DNA of 64,000 nt from a virus (lineage: Duplodnaviria; Caudoviricetes), in the IMG/VR virus record IMGVR_UViG_3300033068_001704, positions 64,001 to 128,000 of that record; one strand, 5' to 3'. This document shows, piece after piece, positions 8,507 to 18,118 of this stretch; the stretch's first letter is position 1, and each line of letters opens with the position of its first letter. The notes under the pieces were generated by a model, which saw nothing but the letters and a program-made list of their open reading frames with translations, did not search any database and was not told the DNA's origin. Both the position numbers and the translations under genes were made by a program.

Positions 8507-9543
8507 ACCCGAAGATTCACACCCGCACCAGCCCCAGCGGCAAGTACACGCTCACGGTGACGTCGATCGAGACGAAGCCTGGGTGCTGGAACTACACGAC
8601 TGGGGTCGTGACCCGCGGCGAAGAGACGATCGTCGAGGTCAAGCGCAACTACGCCTCTTTCCCGTTCCTCTTCGTCGAGGGTCATGCGAACGGGCACGAC
8701 TACCTCGTCTGTGGTGAGAACTACCAGGGCCAGACCGTCATCGAGCTGGACACGGGGCGTCGGAGCGACTTCCTTCCGGAGGCTGCAACGCAGGGTCATG
8801 GGTTCTGTTGGGTGGCCTACACCTACGAGGCAGACGCCCAGGTCCTCGTGGTAGATGGGTGCATCTGGGCCTGCCCCTACGAGTATCGGTTGTACGACTT
8901 CTCCGATCCGATGGGCCAGGGGTGGCCGGAGATCGTGCTCGATGGGGACTGCATCGAGTCGGACGACAAGCCCCCGACGTTCAACCCCGATGGGACGATC
9001 ACCTGCTACGAGATGCGGGAGCAGGAAGACGGCGAGGAGAACGAGGACGGTGAGCTGCCGAAGACTGTGGTGGCAACCAAGACGTTCCGCCGCAACGAGC
9101 TGAAGCTCGAACTCGTCTCTGCCTGGGTCGATGAGGCAGAGCGAAAGCGTCGCGCCGAGTCGGAGGCAGCTCGGAAGCGATGGGAGGACGCATGGGAGGT
9201 CTACAAGCAGACCGACCCCCTCTACCTCCACGTCCTCGCACGCGTCACGTCCGAGAAGTTCGACGACGCGTCGTACTTCTCGACGGGGCAGTGTTACGAG
9301 GGGTGGTGCCCGGAGTTCAAGGGGGTGGACTCCAGGATCTGCCGCCGACTCGTGTCCAGTCGCATGACCCCGGAAGGGTCCAAGGTCACGCTCGACCTGG
9401 AGTGGGGCCGAAACATCGCACCGGTGAAGCTGGTGGTCTACCGGGATGGGAAGGCCGCAGGGACGCTGTGGTTCGAGCGTTCGATCGCAGGGATCGACGA
9501 GGCCTTCAACCATTCGATCTCCCTCCTGGGGGCGAGATCATGA
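8503..9543 (+). CDS. Hypothetical protein
   Basis: ATGA overlaps at both ends; good codon bias; DGCIWACPYEY motif. Confidence 0.75.
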   Translation: MNPKIHTRTSPSGKYTLTVTSIETKPGCWNYTTGVVTRGEETIVEVKRNYASFPFLFVEGHANGHDYLVCGENYQGQTVIELDTGRRSDFLPEAATQGHGFCWVAYTYEADAQVLVVDGCIWACPYEYRLYDFSDPMGQGWPEIVLDGDCIESDDKPPTFNPDGTITCYEMREQEDGEENEDGELPKTVVATKTFRRNELKLELVSAWVDEAERKRRAESEAARKRWEDAWEVYKQTDPLYLHVLARVTSEKFDDASYFSTGQCYEGWCPEFKGVDSRICRRLVSSRMTPEGSKVTLDLEWGRNIAPVKLVVYRDGKAAGTLWFERSIAGIDEAFNHSISLLGARS

Positions 9544-9806
9544 GGGACTGCCGAGCCAGGCTGTTCGCCCGAGAGGGTGGGCATGTCCTCTATCTCTTCC
9601 CCGAGAATCAGAAGGGGTACGTCAGTCTCAATTCGGACCTCTCTTCGGATGGTCCGGAAGACTATCCGGCTGTGTGCGGGATGATCTCCGATCGCGGGAA
9701 CGGGGACTGCTCTGCGCGAGAGCTGAAGACGCCGGAGGACTTCAACGAGTTCTTCGCGGAGGCTCTCGCGTTCCTCGCGCGGAATTCGCTGAAGGGGGAG
9801 CCGTGA
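9540..9806 (+). CDS. Hypothetical protein
   Basis: ATGA/GTGA coupling with neighbours. Confidence 0.55.
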   Translation: MRDCRARLFAREGGHVLYLFPENQKGYVSLNSDLSSDGPEDYPAVCGMISDRGNGDCSARELKTPEDFNEFFAEALAFLARNSLKGEP

Positions 9807-10117
9807 AGCTCTACCTGGTCACGCGTCAGGATCTCCCCCCTGGCGCTCGGGCCGCTCAGCTCTGTCACGCGCTCCGCCAGTTCGGAGAAGATCACCCGGA
9901 GGTCGATCGGGACTGGTTCCGGCGCAGCAACACCCTGGTGTTGTTGGAAGGGAAGGACGAGCATGCTCTCTCCGATCTCGCGGACAAGGCGAGGTTGAGC
10001 GGGGTGCCCGTCGCGGTCTTCCGAGAACCCGACCTCGCCGATGCTCTGACTGCAATCGCCGTGGGGCCGAAGGGGAAGCGGCTCGTCCGTGGTCTCCCTC
10101 TGGCCCTGAGGGCGTAA
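9803..10117 (+). CDS. Second, short Pth2-like peptidyl-tRNA hydrolase
   Basis: KLYLVTRQDLPPGARAAQLCHA, TLVLL, FREPDL..LTAIAVGP, LPLAL. Confidence 0.85.
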   Translation: MKLYLVTRQDLPPGARAAQLCHALRQFGEDHPEVDRDWFRRSNTLVLLEGKDEHALSDLADKARLSGVPVAVFREPDLADALTAIAVGPKGKRLVRGLPLALRA

Positions 10118-10148
10118 CATACAGGGAGGCCTTCTGGGGCCTTCCTCT

Positions 10149-10223
10149 GATCCTATAGCTCCAATGGCAGAGCGGCTGGGCGCCTAACCCGGTGCGTTGC
10201 GGGTTCGAATCCTGCTGGGATCA
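10149..10223 (+). tRNA. Atypical tRNA, anticodon CCT (Arg), 6-bp anticodon stem, G33, no encoded CCA
   Basis: Acceptor GATCCTA/TGGGATC+A; D arm GCTC-CAATGGCA-GAGC; anticodon arm GCTGGG-CGCCTAA-CCCGGT; T arm GCGGG-TTCGAAT-CCTGC. Confidence 0.75.
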
Positions 10224-10276
10224 CTCCGGTTCACTTCGTTCTCTATGGGTTATCTGGTTCGAGGCCAGCTCAACCC

Positions 10277-10867
10277 ATGAACAACCAGCTCCGCTCCAAG
10301 CTCATCCGGCTCGCTCACTCCAAGCCGGAGCTTCGAGCCCACCTCATCCCCCTGCTCAAGCAGGCGGCGGGGCAGACGCCTCTGTACGGGCACACGAGCC
10401 CCGAGACGGCGTACGTCGTCGAGGACTACCCGTACGGGTTCAAGGCGCGGACCCAGGCTCGCTTCTGGCTGGAGCACAACCCCTCGAAGGGGTTCCGCTT
10501 CCTGTCTCAGACGATGGACCCGAAGCGTCCCGGGGTTTGGAACAAGCCCAAGGCGAGCACGTTCTCCCGCCTGGCCGGCGCGATGTTCCTCGACTCCAAG
10601 GGCCACGTCTCGTGGATGGGCGTCAACGAGTACACGGATGCCCCCGAGGTCCTGAGCTTCCTCAAGATGTTCCCCCGCGCTGACACCGGGTTCCTCCGGA
10701 AGTGGGCCCCCGCGAAGGTGAAGTTCTACATGAAGCTCCTCCAGGTGAACGAGGAGGGGTTCACGGGGTTCTCGATGAACGGGGAGCGGATCCCGGCCGA
10801 TTCCAAGGATATGGAGCGAAATCAGAAGTCGCTCGAAGCCTGGACCGAGGTTCAGAAGGCGCTGTGA
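10277..10867 (+). CDS. Hypothetical protein with N-terminal shared peptide tag (putative virion cargo)
   Basis: LRSKLIRLAHSKPELRAHLIPLLK followed by KQAA; VEDYPYGF motif. Confidence 0.75.
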   Translation: MNNQLRSKLIRLAHSKPELRAHLIPLLKQAAGQTPLYGHTSPETAYVVEDYPYGFKARTQARFWLEHNPSKGFRFLSQTMDPKRPGVWNKPKASTFSRLAGAMFLDSKGHVSWMGVNEYTDAPEVLSFLKMFPRADTGFLRKWAPAKVKFYMKLLQVNEEGFTGFSMNGERIPADSKDMERNQKSLEAWTEVQKAL

Positions 10868-10946
10868 TCTTTTTCCGGGTCTGAATCCGATCCGCGGCGT
10901 AAGATACCTGTCACCTCGGAGCTGCACTGGTTCCGGGGCGACATAC

Positions 10947-11329
10947 GGGGATGTAAAGGTATCGACAGGGGATACGATCTACTGTGTTGCGTGCAGGGGT
11001 TGGTCGGTGGGCCCCTACAACAAGCCGACCACACATAGCTGCGAACGATAACAGCTACGCCCAGGCCATCGCGGCCTGAGCCGTTGGGGTAGATGGTCCG
11101 ATTCATCTACTCTGACGTCATTCAAGTCGGTGTAACTCACGCTGGTGCGCTCAGCGGTGTGGGCCAAACAAAACTGAGAGCTGGTGGAGGGTACTCCGGT
11201 GCCCCTAACGGCAGCCCGCTTCAGGCATGAAGGGCCGTAAACCGCGCAAGCGGACTTCGAGATGGAGCTACGCACGTAGACGCACAGTAGAAGGTCTTCT
11301 GGACCCGGGTTCGATTCCCGGCATCTCCA
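10947..11329 (+). ncRNA. ssrA: tmRNA, tag peptide (A)ANDNSYAQAIAA*
   Basis: GGGGATG/CATCTCC-A acceptor with G3:U70; TCGAC after the D-like loop; 3' GGACCCGGGTTCGATTCCCGG T arm; tag ORF 11041..11079 preceded by TAGCT. Confidence 0.95.
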
Positions 11330-11334
11330 TGGAT

Positions 11335-11377
11335 GAGGCGGGGAGGGGCTGCAACCCTTCCCCGCCTTCTCTATTTC
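11335..11377 (+). terminator. Terminator after tmRNA
   Basis: GAGGCGGGGAGGG...CCCTTCCCCGCCTT stem with T-rich tail. Confidence 0.7.
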
Positions 11378-11418
11378 CGGGGTCTCGGTACGAGATCTAT
11401 CTCACCCGCAAGGGTACG

Positions 11419-11931
11419 ATGACCTCAAAGCAAGCCGACCTCGACCACGACTCTCTTCCCATGAAGAAGACCGACTTCATCTCGTGGGACAGTGATGTCC
11501 GCGATTCGGAGGGTCTCATCCGCGTGCCTCCGGCACAGGAGCTGGCGGCCGAGATGGCGGCGATGCTTCGTCGGAACCGATGGACCTCGAACTTCGGGGC
11601 GAAGGCACAGAACGGGGCCGTAGTCATCTTCGACAGCTCGGAGAGCTTCGACGTCGTTGCAGTCGTTGCGAGACGCGGGAAGCAGGTCATCTTCGACTCG
11701 TTCCCGCAGGAGCCTGAGGGGCGGGTCAACGAGGGGATTCGAAACGCCCTCGACCAGGCCATGAAGTCGTTCCGACCCTGGAGTCAGTCGAACTCCCGCC
11801 CGATCTTCGCTTCGTCCAAGGTCAGCCCCGCGACCAAGCTCCGTACCGAACTCGTTCGCCTCGCCCATCAGAAGCCCGAGCTTCGTGCACATCTCCTCCC
11901 TCTCCTGAAAGAGGACAAGTCTTCCCGATGA
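11419..11931 (+). CDS. Hypothetical protein with C-terminal shared peptide tag
   Basis: Start moved downstream of the tmRNA; MTSKQA N-terminus; LRTELVRLAHQKPELRAHLLPLLK at the C-terminus. Confidence 0.7.
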   Translation: MTSKQADLDHDSLPMKKTDFISWDSDVRDSEGLIRVPPAQELAAEMAAMLRRNRWTSNFGAKAQNGAVVIFDSSESFDVVAVVARRGKQVIFDSFPQEPEGRVNEGIRNALDQAMKSFRPWSQSNSRPIFASSKVSPATKLRTELVRLAHQKPELRAHLLPLLKEDKSSR

Positions 11932-12161
11932 AGCGCCAGACCCATCCTGTCGTACGACGCGCCCCCGATCCCTATGAGGGTCTCGTGGAGTACCTGGATG
12001 GGTGCTGCGGGATGGGGCCGCATTTGTGCGACTGCTGGGAAGAGTCTTGGGGGGACTCATGGGGATCCGAGCCTGGGGTGGACTACGAGCTGTACGATCG
12101 GATCCTCTCTTCACGGCATCCGTTGAAGACGCCCCTCCGGGAGATCTTCCGAGCTGCCTGA
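11928..12161 (+). CDS. Small hypothetical protein
   Basis: ATGA overlap. Confidence 0.4.
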   Translation: MKRQTHPVVRRAPDPYEGLVEYLDGCCGMGPHLCDCWEESWGDSWGSEPGVDYELYDRILSSRHPLKTPLREIFRAA

Positions 12162-12203
12162 TCCACCTCGGTAGAGTCCCCACCACCTCAGGGTGAGTGG
12201 AGG

Positions 12204-13325
12204 ATGTCAATGGACGAGTTGATCCCGGGGCAGTTCCGACAGTTCAAGGCAGCGACGAAGTTCCATCTCGGGAAGCTGTCGATCGATGTGCCCGAGGGGG
12301 AGACCGTCGAGTTCGATGGTCAGACCCTGCGGATGAAGGGCACGGAATACACGATCCCCGAGCTGCGCGCAGGCGTCAAGGTCGGATGGATCGTTCCCGT
12401 CGAGGTCATGCCGGCGGCGTACAAGGCGAAGCCCGCAGACGTCCGGGTGCGGTCCGCCCAGGACAAGAAGGGCGCGAAGACGAGCCTGGCGACGGTGCAG
12501 GACGACGAGCGTGATGTCGGTCCGGCCGTTCGGAAGAACGCCAAGGACACGGCGGAGAAGAAGGAGACCTTCTCGCGGGAGATCCGCGTTCAGGACGACG
12601 TCGAACGCGATGTCGGGTCGGCCGTGGGCCGCATCACAGGCGTGGAGAAGACCGCGGCGACCCCCGTCTCCTCGGGGGGTGTGGAATCCCAGAACCCCCG
12701 CACGATCGGGAAGATCGGTTCTTCCATGCGTGTGGTCTCCGACACGACCGAGGCGCAGGATGCGAAGCCGATCGGCCGCATCGCGACTCCCGCGGTCCAG
12801 AAGACCGTCATCTCTGATGCAGCCGCGGCTGCGCGCGCAGCGAAGAACCTCGACGACGGTCCGCCGCGTCGGGCCGCTGCTGCGGTCATCCCGGCCAAGG
12901 GCGCGCGTGATCTTCATGCCGCGGAGGCGGAGAAGGTCGAAGACATCATCGACGCCCTCGAACCCGAGGGTCGTGCGAAGATGATGGCGGAGCAGCGCAA
13001 GCAGAAGCTGGCGGGATCGAAGGCGTCGGCCCCGGTGGCCAAGGCAGTCGCGACCCCGGCTCCGGCAGCCAAGCCGAAGGTGGCGGCGAAGCCGCGTGCT
13101 CGGTCCGCGCCGACGACGGTCGAAGAGGTCATCGTTCGAGGTGACGAGATCGATCTCCCCGTGGGCATCAAGTGGGACCTCACGATCCACTGGCGCTCGC
13201 GCGCGAAGATCGCGTCCGAGAAGTACGGGTCGAACGCAGAGGTGCTCGCCGCCATCCGTGCGGTGGAGAGCCCGGCGGTCAACGCGCTCATCAACGAGCG
13301 CCTCGTGGCTCTCGCGAAGGCGTGA
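12204..13325 (+). CDS. Hypothetical Ala/Lys-rich protein
   Basis: GGAGG SD; strong codon bias; short internal repeats VQDD(V)ERDVG.AV. Confidence 0.8.
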   Translation: MSMDELIPGQFRQFKAATKFHLGKLSIDVPEGETVEFDGQTLRMKGTEYTIPELRAGVKVGWIVPVEVMPAAYKAKPADVRVRSAQDKKGAKTSLATVQDDERDVGPAVRKNAKDTAEKKETFSREIRVQDDVERDVGSAVGRITGVEKTAATPVSSGGVESQNPRTIGKIGSSMRVVSDTTEAQDAKPIGRIATPAVQKTVISDAAAAARAAKNLDDGPPRRAAAAVIPAKGARDLHAAEAEKVEDIIDALEPEGRAKMMAEQRKQKLAGSKASAPVAKAVATPAPAAKPKVAAKPRARSAPTTVEEVIVRGDEIDLPVGIKWDLTIHWRSRAKIASEKYGSNAEVLAAIRAVESPAVNALINERLVALAKA

Positions 13326-13386
13326 TTCGCCGCTCGGTTTCTCGCGGATATTGATCCCCGGTTGAGGCGCAAGCCCCCGTAGGGAC

Positions 13387-14121
13387 ATGAACGGTCGAGA
13401 CAAGAAGGCATCCAGCCAAGTCGCCTGGTCCCTCCTCACTGAGGGGGTGACCCAGGCTCGGGTCGATACCCATCGCCTCCGACTCATGGTCGATCGCGCT
13501 CTGGCGATCGTGGACCAGTCGGAGGCGAAGGATCACATCTACCAGGTGGCTGGGGACCTGATCGAGGCGGTTCCCTCACGTCTCTCTGACATCGAACGAT
13601 CGCTGGACCGAACGTCGTACGCCCTGGTTGTCATGGGGGACGACTTCCTCCGAGGCCGGATCCCGTTCGATGATCGGCACGAGGTAGATGAAGCCGTGAA
13701 GTCCGCCCCCTTCTCCACACAGCGCGCGAAGGAGTCCCGGCCGAACGCGGCACGTGTGGCATCCCGAGCCCTCGCCGTTCGCGTCGCCCTTCGGTACGCA
13801 GCCAACACCAGCGAGCATCACTTCTTCGACAACCCGGAGAAGCGTGAGGTCCTGGAGTTCGCGGACTCAGGCGCTCTCTCGAATCTCCCCTCGGTCGCCA
13901 TCAAGTCCGTGAAGGATTCAGACGGTCCGGACCGGACGGTGGCTGAGGCTCGTGCCGAGGCGAAGAGCGCTCCTCCGGACCCGGAGAAGATCGAGAAGAA
14001 GCCGGGAGGGAAGCAGTTCTCTACCCTCAACCGCTACGTCGTCGAGACGGAGCAGCCCCGGGCTGGCCGCGTACCTCAGGGTCGTAGCGAGCTTCCGAAG
14101 GCGAAGCCCCAGGCGAGGTAA
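13387..14121 (+). CDS. Putative virion protein with KKAS/RVAS motifs
   Basis: KKASS at the N-terminus; ARVASRALAVRVALRYAA internally. Confidence 0.7.
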   Translation: MNGRDKKASSQVAWSLLTEGVTQARVDTHRLRLMVDRALAIVDQSEAKDHIYQVAGDLIEAVPSRLSDIERSLDRTSYALVVMGDDFLRGRIPFDDRHEVDEAVKSAPFSTQRAKESRPNAARVASRALAVRVALRYAANTSEHHFFDNPEKREVLEFADSGALSNLPSVAIKSVKDSDGPDRTVAEARAEAKSAPPDPEKIEKKPGGKQFSTLNRYVVETEQPRAGRVPQGRSELPKAKPQAR

Positions 14122-14123
14122 TC

Positions 14124-14696
14124 GTGTCCAATCTTCTGAATCTCACGAACGACGACCTCGACGTCCATCGTCAGGGCGACAAGTTCAACGTCACCCCCGG
14201 ACCCGAACTTCGTGCCTCCGGATGGCGGGCCGGGCAGTGGGTCATGTACGCAACGACGCAGGTCCCGTCGGTTGCAGAGTTCACGGTCGAGAAGTCGAAC
14301 GGCATCTACGCCACGGGCTTCCTCCTCTTCGGGTCAGAGGACTACTCGAACCCGCGTCAGTCCACGTACCGGAACTACACTTCGTACCAGATGCTCGGGG
14401 GACCTGGGGCCACGGCCTCAGGTGCAGGTGTCTCCACGATCGTCGCGGGTGGTGGTCGGTTCCTCTTCCGCCTGTACGAGACGATCGCGCTCGATGGTGC
14501 GGGGGCTCGCACCGGCGGCCCGGCCACCTACAACGTCAACCTTCCGCTGAAGGTCAGCGAGAACGGGATCCTCTGTCAGGATTCCGATGCGGACCTCCTT
14601 CTGGCGACTGGTGGCACGGAGGTGCTCGTGGTTGGGGTCTGCTCGAAGGCACCGACCACCGAGGATCCCAGGCTCGGTCTCGACCTGAAATACTGA
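14124..14696 (+). CDS. Putative virion structural protein
   Basis: GAGG SD; beta-rich; lies in the structural block. Confidence 0.6.
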   Translation: MSNLLNLTNDDLDVHRQGDKFNVTPGPELRASGWRAGQWVMYATTQVPSVAEFTVEKSNGIYATGFLLFGSEDYSNPRQSTYRNYTSYQMLGGPGATASGAGVSTIVAGGGRFLFRLYETIALDGAGARTGGPATYNVNLPLKVSENGILCQDSDADLLLATGGTEVLVVGVCSKAPTTEDPRLGLDLKY

Positions 14697-14697
14697 G

Positions 14698-16788
14698 ATG
14701 GGCGATCCCGTCTACGTGCTCTGCGACAGCACCTTCACATCACGAACTGCGATCGTGATGAAGCGCGCTGATGCCTCTCCTCCGCTTGGAAGCGGGGGCG
14801 GGGCCTGCCGTGTGGTGGAGCGCATCCTCCGCGAACGTCTCCCCCCGTCTCAGACGGAAGAGATGGTTCAGATCGTGGAGAGCGACGGGGACCTCTCGAA
14901 CGCTCAGGCGTCGAAGGTCTACGACTCGATCACCGAGTTCGGTCCCTCTCCCTTCGACCGCTTCGTTCTCACCCCTCACGCCCAGTACCGGATGGATCTC
15001 CGGAACATCCGGGTGAACGACCTCCGAGACGCCCTTCAGAGGTTCGTCAAGGAGATCGGGGAATGGAAGAAGCGTCGAGATCCGCGATACGAGCGCCTAC
15101 TCTCGAACACGCAGAAGGTGGAGTGGCTCGATCAGAAGTCGGGTCTGTTCTTCGTGTTCGGCCTCGGTCGGAATGGCGGGGCTCCCGCGATCATCACAAC
15201 CTACTGGAAGAACCGGGTCAACCCGCCGGCCCCGTCTGGGGGTTGCACCAAGAGGGTTGCGAACGACGCGGACCTGTTCGGGATCAGTACCTTCAGAGGC
15301 GAGAAGCCCTCGAAGGGGATTCTGAACGACACGAACCAGCCCGACAAGCTGTCGCCCGGCGAGTCTCCTCGATCGGATCGTGACCGCGCGCTCCCGCAGC
15401 GCCCGAGCACGAAGGAGAACCTCGAAGAGCACCGACCAGGGCCCCCGGTGTTCAACACCCCGGGACCTTCCTCGGGTCCGGGTGCAGAGGGGAAGCCGAT
15501 GAAGGTCCGTACCCCGGGGAAGCCGGGAGAGGAGTACGGCCACCCGTTCAAGAACGACATCGCCCCCCGTCGAACCACGGCATCGGATGACGATGAAGGG
15601 GACGAGGAGCGCGAGGTCGAGGCAGGCCTCGTCCCGACGTACTCCCAGCGTCAGCGCAAGCAGCGGGGCAAGGCGAAGCGGTACTACCAGAAGTATTACC
15701 GGCGTCACCGCAACAAGATCAAGATGCGGGCGAAGCGTCGCTACAAGCGCATCCGCCGCAACCCGACGTACAAGCGACGGCAGAAGATCCGCCGCGACCC
15801 GCGGTACATGAGCCGGTTCCGCCGGATCCCGAACGGTGGTCGGAGTGACCTGAGCGACCGGACGGCATCCATGTCGATCGGCTTCTTCCACATGACGTAC
15901 GGGTGGGGCGACGTCGTGGACTTCGCGGACGATGGTGTCGTCCTTCACCTCGACGGAGAGAGTGAAGAGTGCGCAGTCGTCCCGCTCCCGACCTTCATGC
16001 TCGGGGTCGTGTTCGATGGCGACGAGGACACCGAGGCGTTCTTCAACGCGATCGAGGAAGCGTACGGAGTCCCCGATCCTCGTTGGGTCGCAGCGGCGTA
16101 TCGCGAGGTCGAGGCAGGGACGTTCTACCGAGAGACGTTCACCCCCGGCCACAACATGGATGCGGGCCCTGGTGCGCAGGACCTTGGGGCCCCGGGACCC
16201 AACAACGTCAACGACTCTCTCCGGCTTCCCGATGACGAGCATGAGGATCGTCCGACCTCGCACAAGCTCGACATCAGCCCGACCACGAACAACCCCGGGT
16301 CTGCGAAGGTGATCCCTTCGGGCCATGGATTCGTGAACAAGGAGGCTTCAGGGCCTTCGGCGATCCGAGTCGCCAAGCGTCTCGCGGAGCTGCTCGACGA
16401 GACCTCTGGAGAGGTCAAGAAGCGGTCTAAGGGGCTCAAGCCGAAGGGGCGGAGGTTCAACCCGAAGACGTCGATGTTCACGTTCTCGGTGCCAGGGCAG
16501 ACCTCGGCCCAGACCTACGTGGTGCAGGCGAAGATTCTTCGGAAGGGGAACGCGACGAAGGTCTCGAAGATGGACCTTCTCGTCTCCTGCTCGTGCCCGT
16601 TCTGGCAGTGGCAGGGGCCTGAGCACTGGGCGAAGGTCGGGAATTACCTCTACGGGAAGGCCCGGGGGACGGCATCTCAGCCGGTCGTCAAGGACCCGAA
16701 GAACCATCACCGTGTCTGCAAGCATGTCGCGGCCTGTCTCGAATCCATTCGGAACTGGGAACTCGCCGCCGCTACCCCCACGAAGTAG
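14698..16788 (+). CDS. Multidomain protein: DUF4258-like RNase fold, Arg/Lys/Tyr-rich segment, C-terminal SWIM zinc finger
   Basis: LTPHAQYRMDLRNI...IITTYW; protamine-like KRYYQKYYRRHRNKIKMRAKRRYKR; VSCSCPFW...VCKHV. Confidence 0.7.
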   Translation: MGDPVYVLCDSTFTSRTAIVMKRADASPPLGSGGGACRVVERILRERLPPSQTEEMVQIVESDGDLSNAQASKVYDSITEFGPSPFDRFVLTPHAQYRMDLRNIRVNDLRDALQRFVKEIGEWKKRRDPRYERLLSNTQKVEWLDQKSGLFFVFGLGRNGGAPAIITTYWKNRVNPPAPSGGCTKRVANDADLFGISTFRGEKPSKGILNDTNQPDKLSPGESPRSDRDRALPQRPSTKENLEEHRPGPPVFNTPGPSSGPGAEGKPMKVRTPGKPGEEYGHPFKNDIAPRRTTASDDDEGDEEREVEAGLVPTYSQRQRKQRGKAKRYYQKYYRRHRNKIKMRAKRRYKRIRRNPTYKRRQKIRRDPRYMSRFRRIPNGGRSDLSDRTASMSIGFFHMTYGWGDVVDFADDGVVLHLDGESEECAVVPLPTFMLGVVFDGDEDTEAFFNAIEEAYGVPDPRWVAAAYREVEAGTFYRETFTPGHNMDAGPGAQDLGAPGPNNVNDSLRLPDDEHEDRPTSHKLDISPTTNNPGSAKVIPSGHGFVNKEASGPSAIRVAKRLAELLDETSGEVKKRSKGLKPKGRRFNPKTSMFTFSVPGQTSAQTYVVQAKILRKGNATKVSKMDLLVSCSCPFWQWQGPEHWAKVGNYLYGKARGTASQPVVKDPKNHHRVCKHVAACLESIRNWELAAATPTK

Positions 16789-16821
16789 GCCTGAGGGTCG
16801 GTAGGGTTCCCCCAAGAACCG

Positions 16822-17205
16822 ATGCCGACCTACGACTACGAGTGCGAAGCTTGTGAAACGGCGTTCGAGAGGTACCTGCCCATGGCGGAGTACAACGCCC
16901 CGCAAACCTGCGAGAAGTGCGGGGCCACTGCGAAGAAGGTGATCTCGACGGTCTCCTTCGTTCTTGCGGGGGACGCCTGGCCTGGGAAGGCCAACAAGAT
17001 CAAGAACCAGATGGCCGCGAAGAACAAGCGGCTCGACAAGAAGCAGGCGGAGCAGAAGCGGGATCGACCCGGCATGACGCTCGCCCCGAACGTCAACGGG
17101 GAACGCGTGGACTCCTGGTCCGATGCGAAGAAGCTCGCCGAGTCGAAGGGCTTGAACACGGCTTCCTACGATCCGAAGGTCCGCCAAGAGGCGAAGAAGG
17201 ACTAG
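16822..17205 (+). CDS. FmdB-family zinc ribbon protein
   Basis: MPTYDYECEAC...CEKCG. Confidence 0.85.
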   Translation: MPTYDYECEACETAFERYLPMAEYNAPQTCEKCGATAKKVISTVSFVLAGDAWPGKANKIKNQMAAKNKRLDKKQAEQKRDRPGMTLAPNVNGERVDSWSDAKKLAESKGLNTASYDPKVRQEAKKD

Positions 17206-17249
17206 CGGGATCGGTGAACACACGATAACGCTAGAGAGGGGGAGAGCCT

Positions 17250-18008
17250 ATGACCCGTCAGCGTGACATCCCCTCCATTCAGTACCGCACCCCGAATCAG
17301 ATCAACATGACCCTCCCGGTTCGACCCGGGATCGACAGGTTCGAGATTCGAGGGGCAGCCAGACTCGTCGATGCGTATGGGACCGTCGCCGGCCTCACTG
17401 GAGGTGGGGCCCTCCCGATGTTCCAGATCACGAACGGTGGGGACTTCCGATCGAAGGGGATCCGCATGCGTCGGCTCCCTGCCATCGAGGAGTCGAGCCG
17501 CGGGCTGACCCGCATGGTGTTCGATCCGGACGACTTCGCGACCCCCGTCCAGGTGTCTGGGACGACCTATCTTCCGGGAGACGACCAGGTCTTGTTCCTG
17601 CGTGTCGCAGCGCACGACCAGGCCTCGAACACCTTCCTCCCGGAAGGCCCGATCATGATCGTGCCCTCGTACGACTTCTTCACGACGAAGGAGCCGACGC
17701 TCACGGTGACGGGGCAGGCTCCGAACCTCGCTGTGGGGGCGTTCCCCCCGAACATCCCGGACGCAATGCCTGCGGAGTCCTTGAACTTCCTCCTGCCGGC
17801 GTACTCAACGACCGTCTCGATCAAGAACCTCGAAGCGGCAGCCGGGCAGCCTCTGTTCGTCTCGTTCCATCCTGGGACGCCCCCGACCGTGCTCATGCCC
17901 GGAGATGACATCAGTCTGACGGGTGCAGGCATTCCCGAATTCTTCATCGGGAGCCCGAATGGGAACGCCTGGTTCTCCATTCGTATGGCTGTAGTCAACA
18001 GCGCGTGA
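17250..18008 (+). CDS. Putative virion protein
   Basis: SD, codon bias, structural context. Confidence 0.65.
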   Translation: MTRQRDIPSIQYRTPNQINMTLPVRPGIDRFEIRGAARLVDAYGTVAGLTGGGALPMFQITNGGDFRSKGIRMRRLPAIEESSRGLTRMVFDPDDFATPVQVSGTTYLPGDDQVLFLRVAAHDQASNTFLPEGPIMIVPSYDFFTTKEPTLTVTGQAPNLAVGAFPPNIPDAMPAESLNFLLPAYSTTVSIKNLEAAAGQPLFVSFHPGTPPTVLMPGDDISLTGAGIPEFFIGSPNGNAWFSIRMAVVNSA

Positions 18009-18118
18009 ACATGAAGGCGTTAGGGCTTCTATGCCCGAACGCTAACGGAAGGGAACATCCCGTTCCACAGAACTCAGCTCCCGTCAGTGCGGCGGGCCCC
18101 TCTTAGGGAGAAAACGAC

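Noticed and set aside
10175-10193. Amber-suppressor or pyrrolysine reading of the tRNA (CTA in loop, 6-bp stem)
   Set aside because: The stem register centres CCT, not CTA; the D and T loops are not Pyl-like; TAG stops end genes normally, so there is no sign of recoding
11227-11418. Upstream extension of the 11227 ORF
   Set aside because: Overlaps the tmRNA 3' end and terminator; ATG 11419 is the more plausible start
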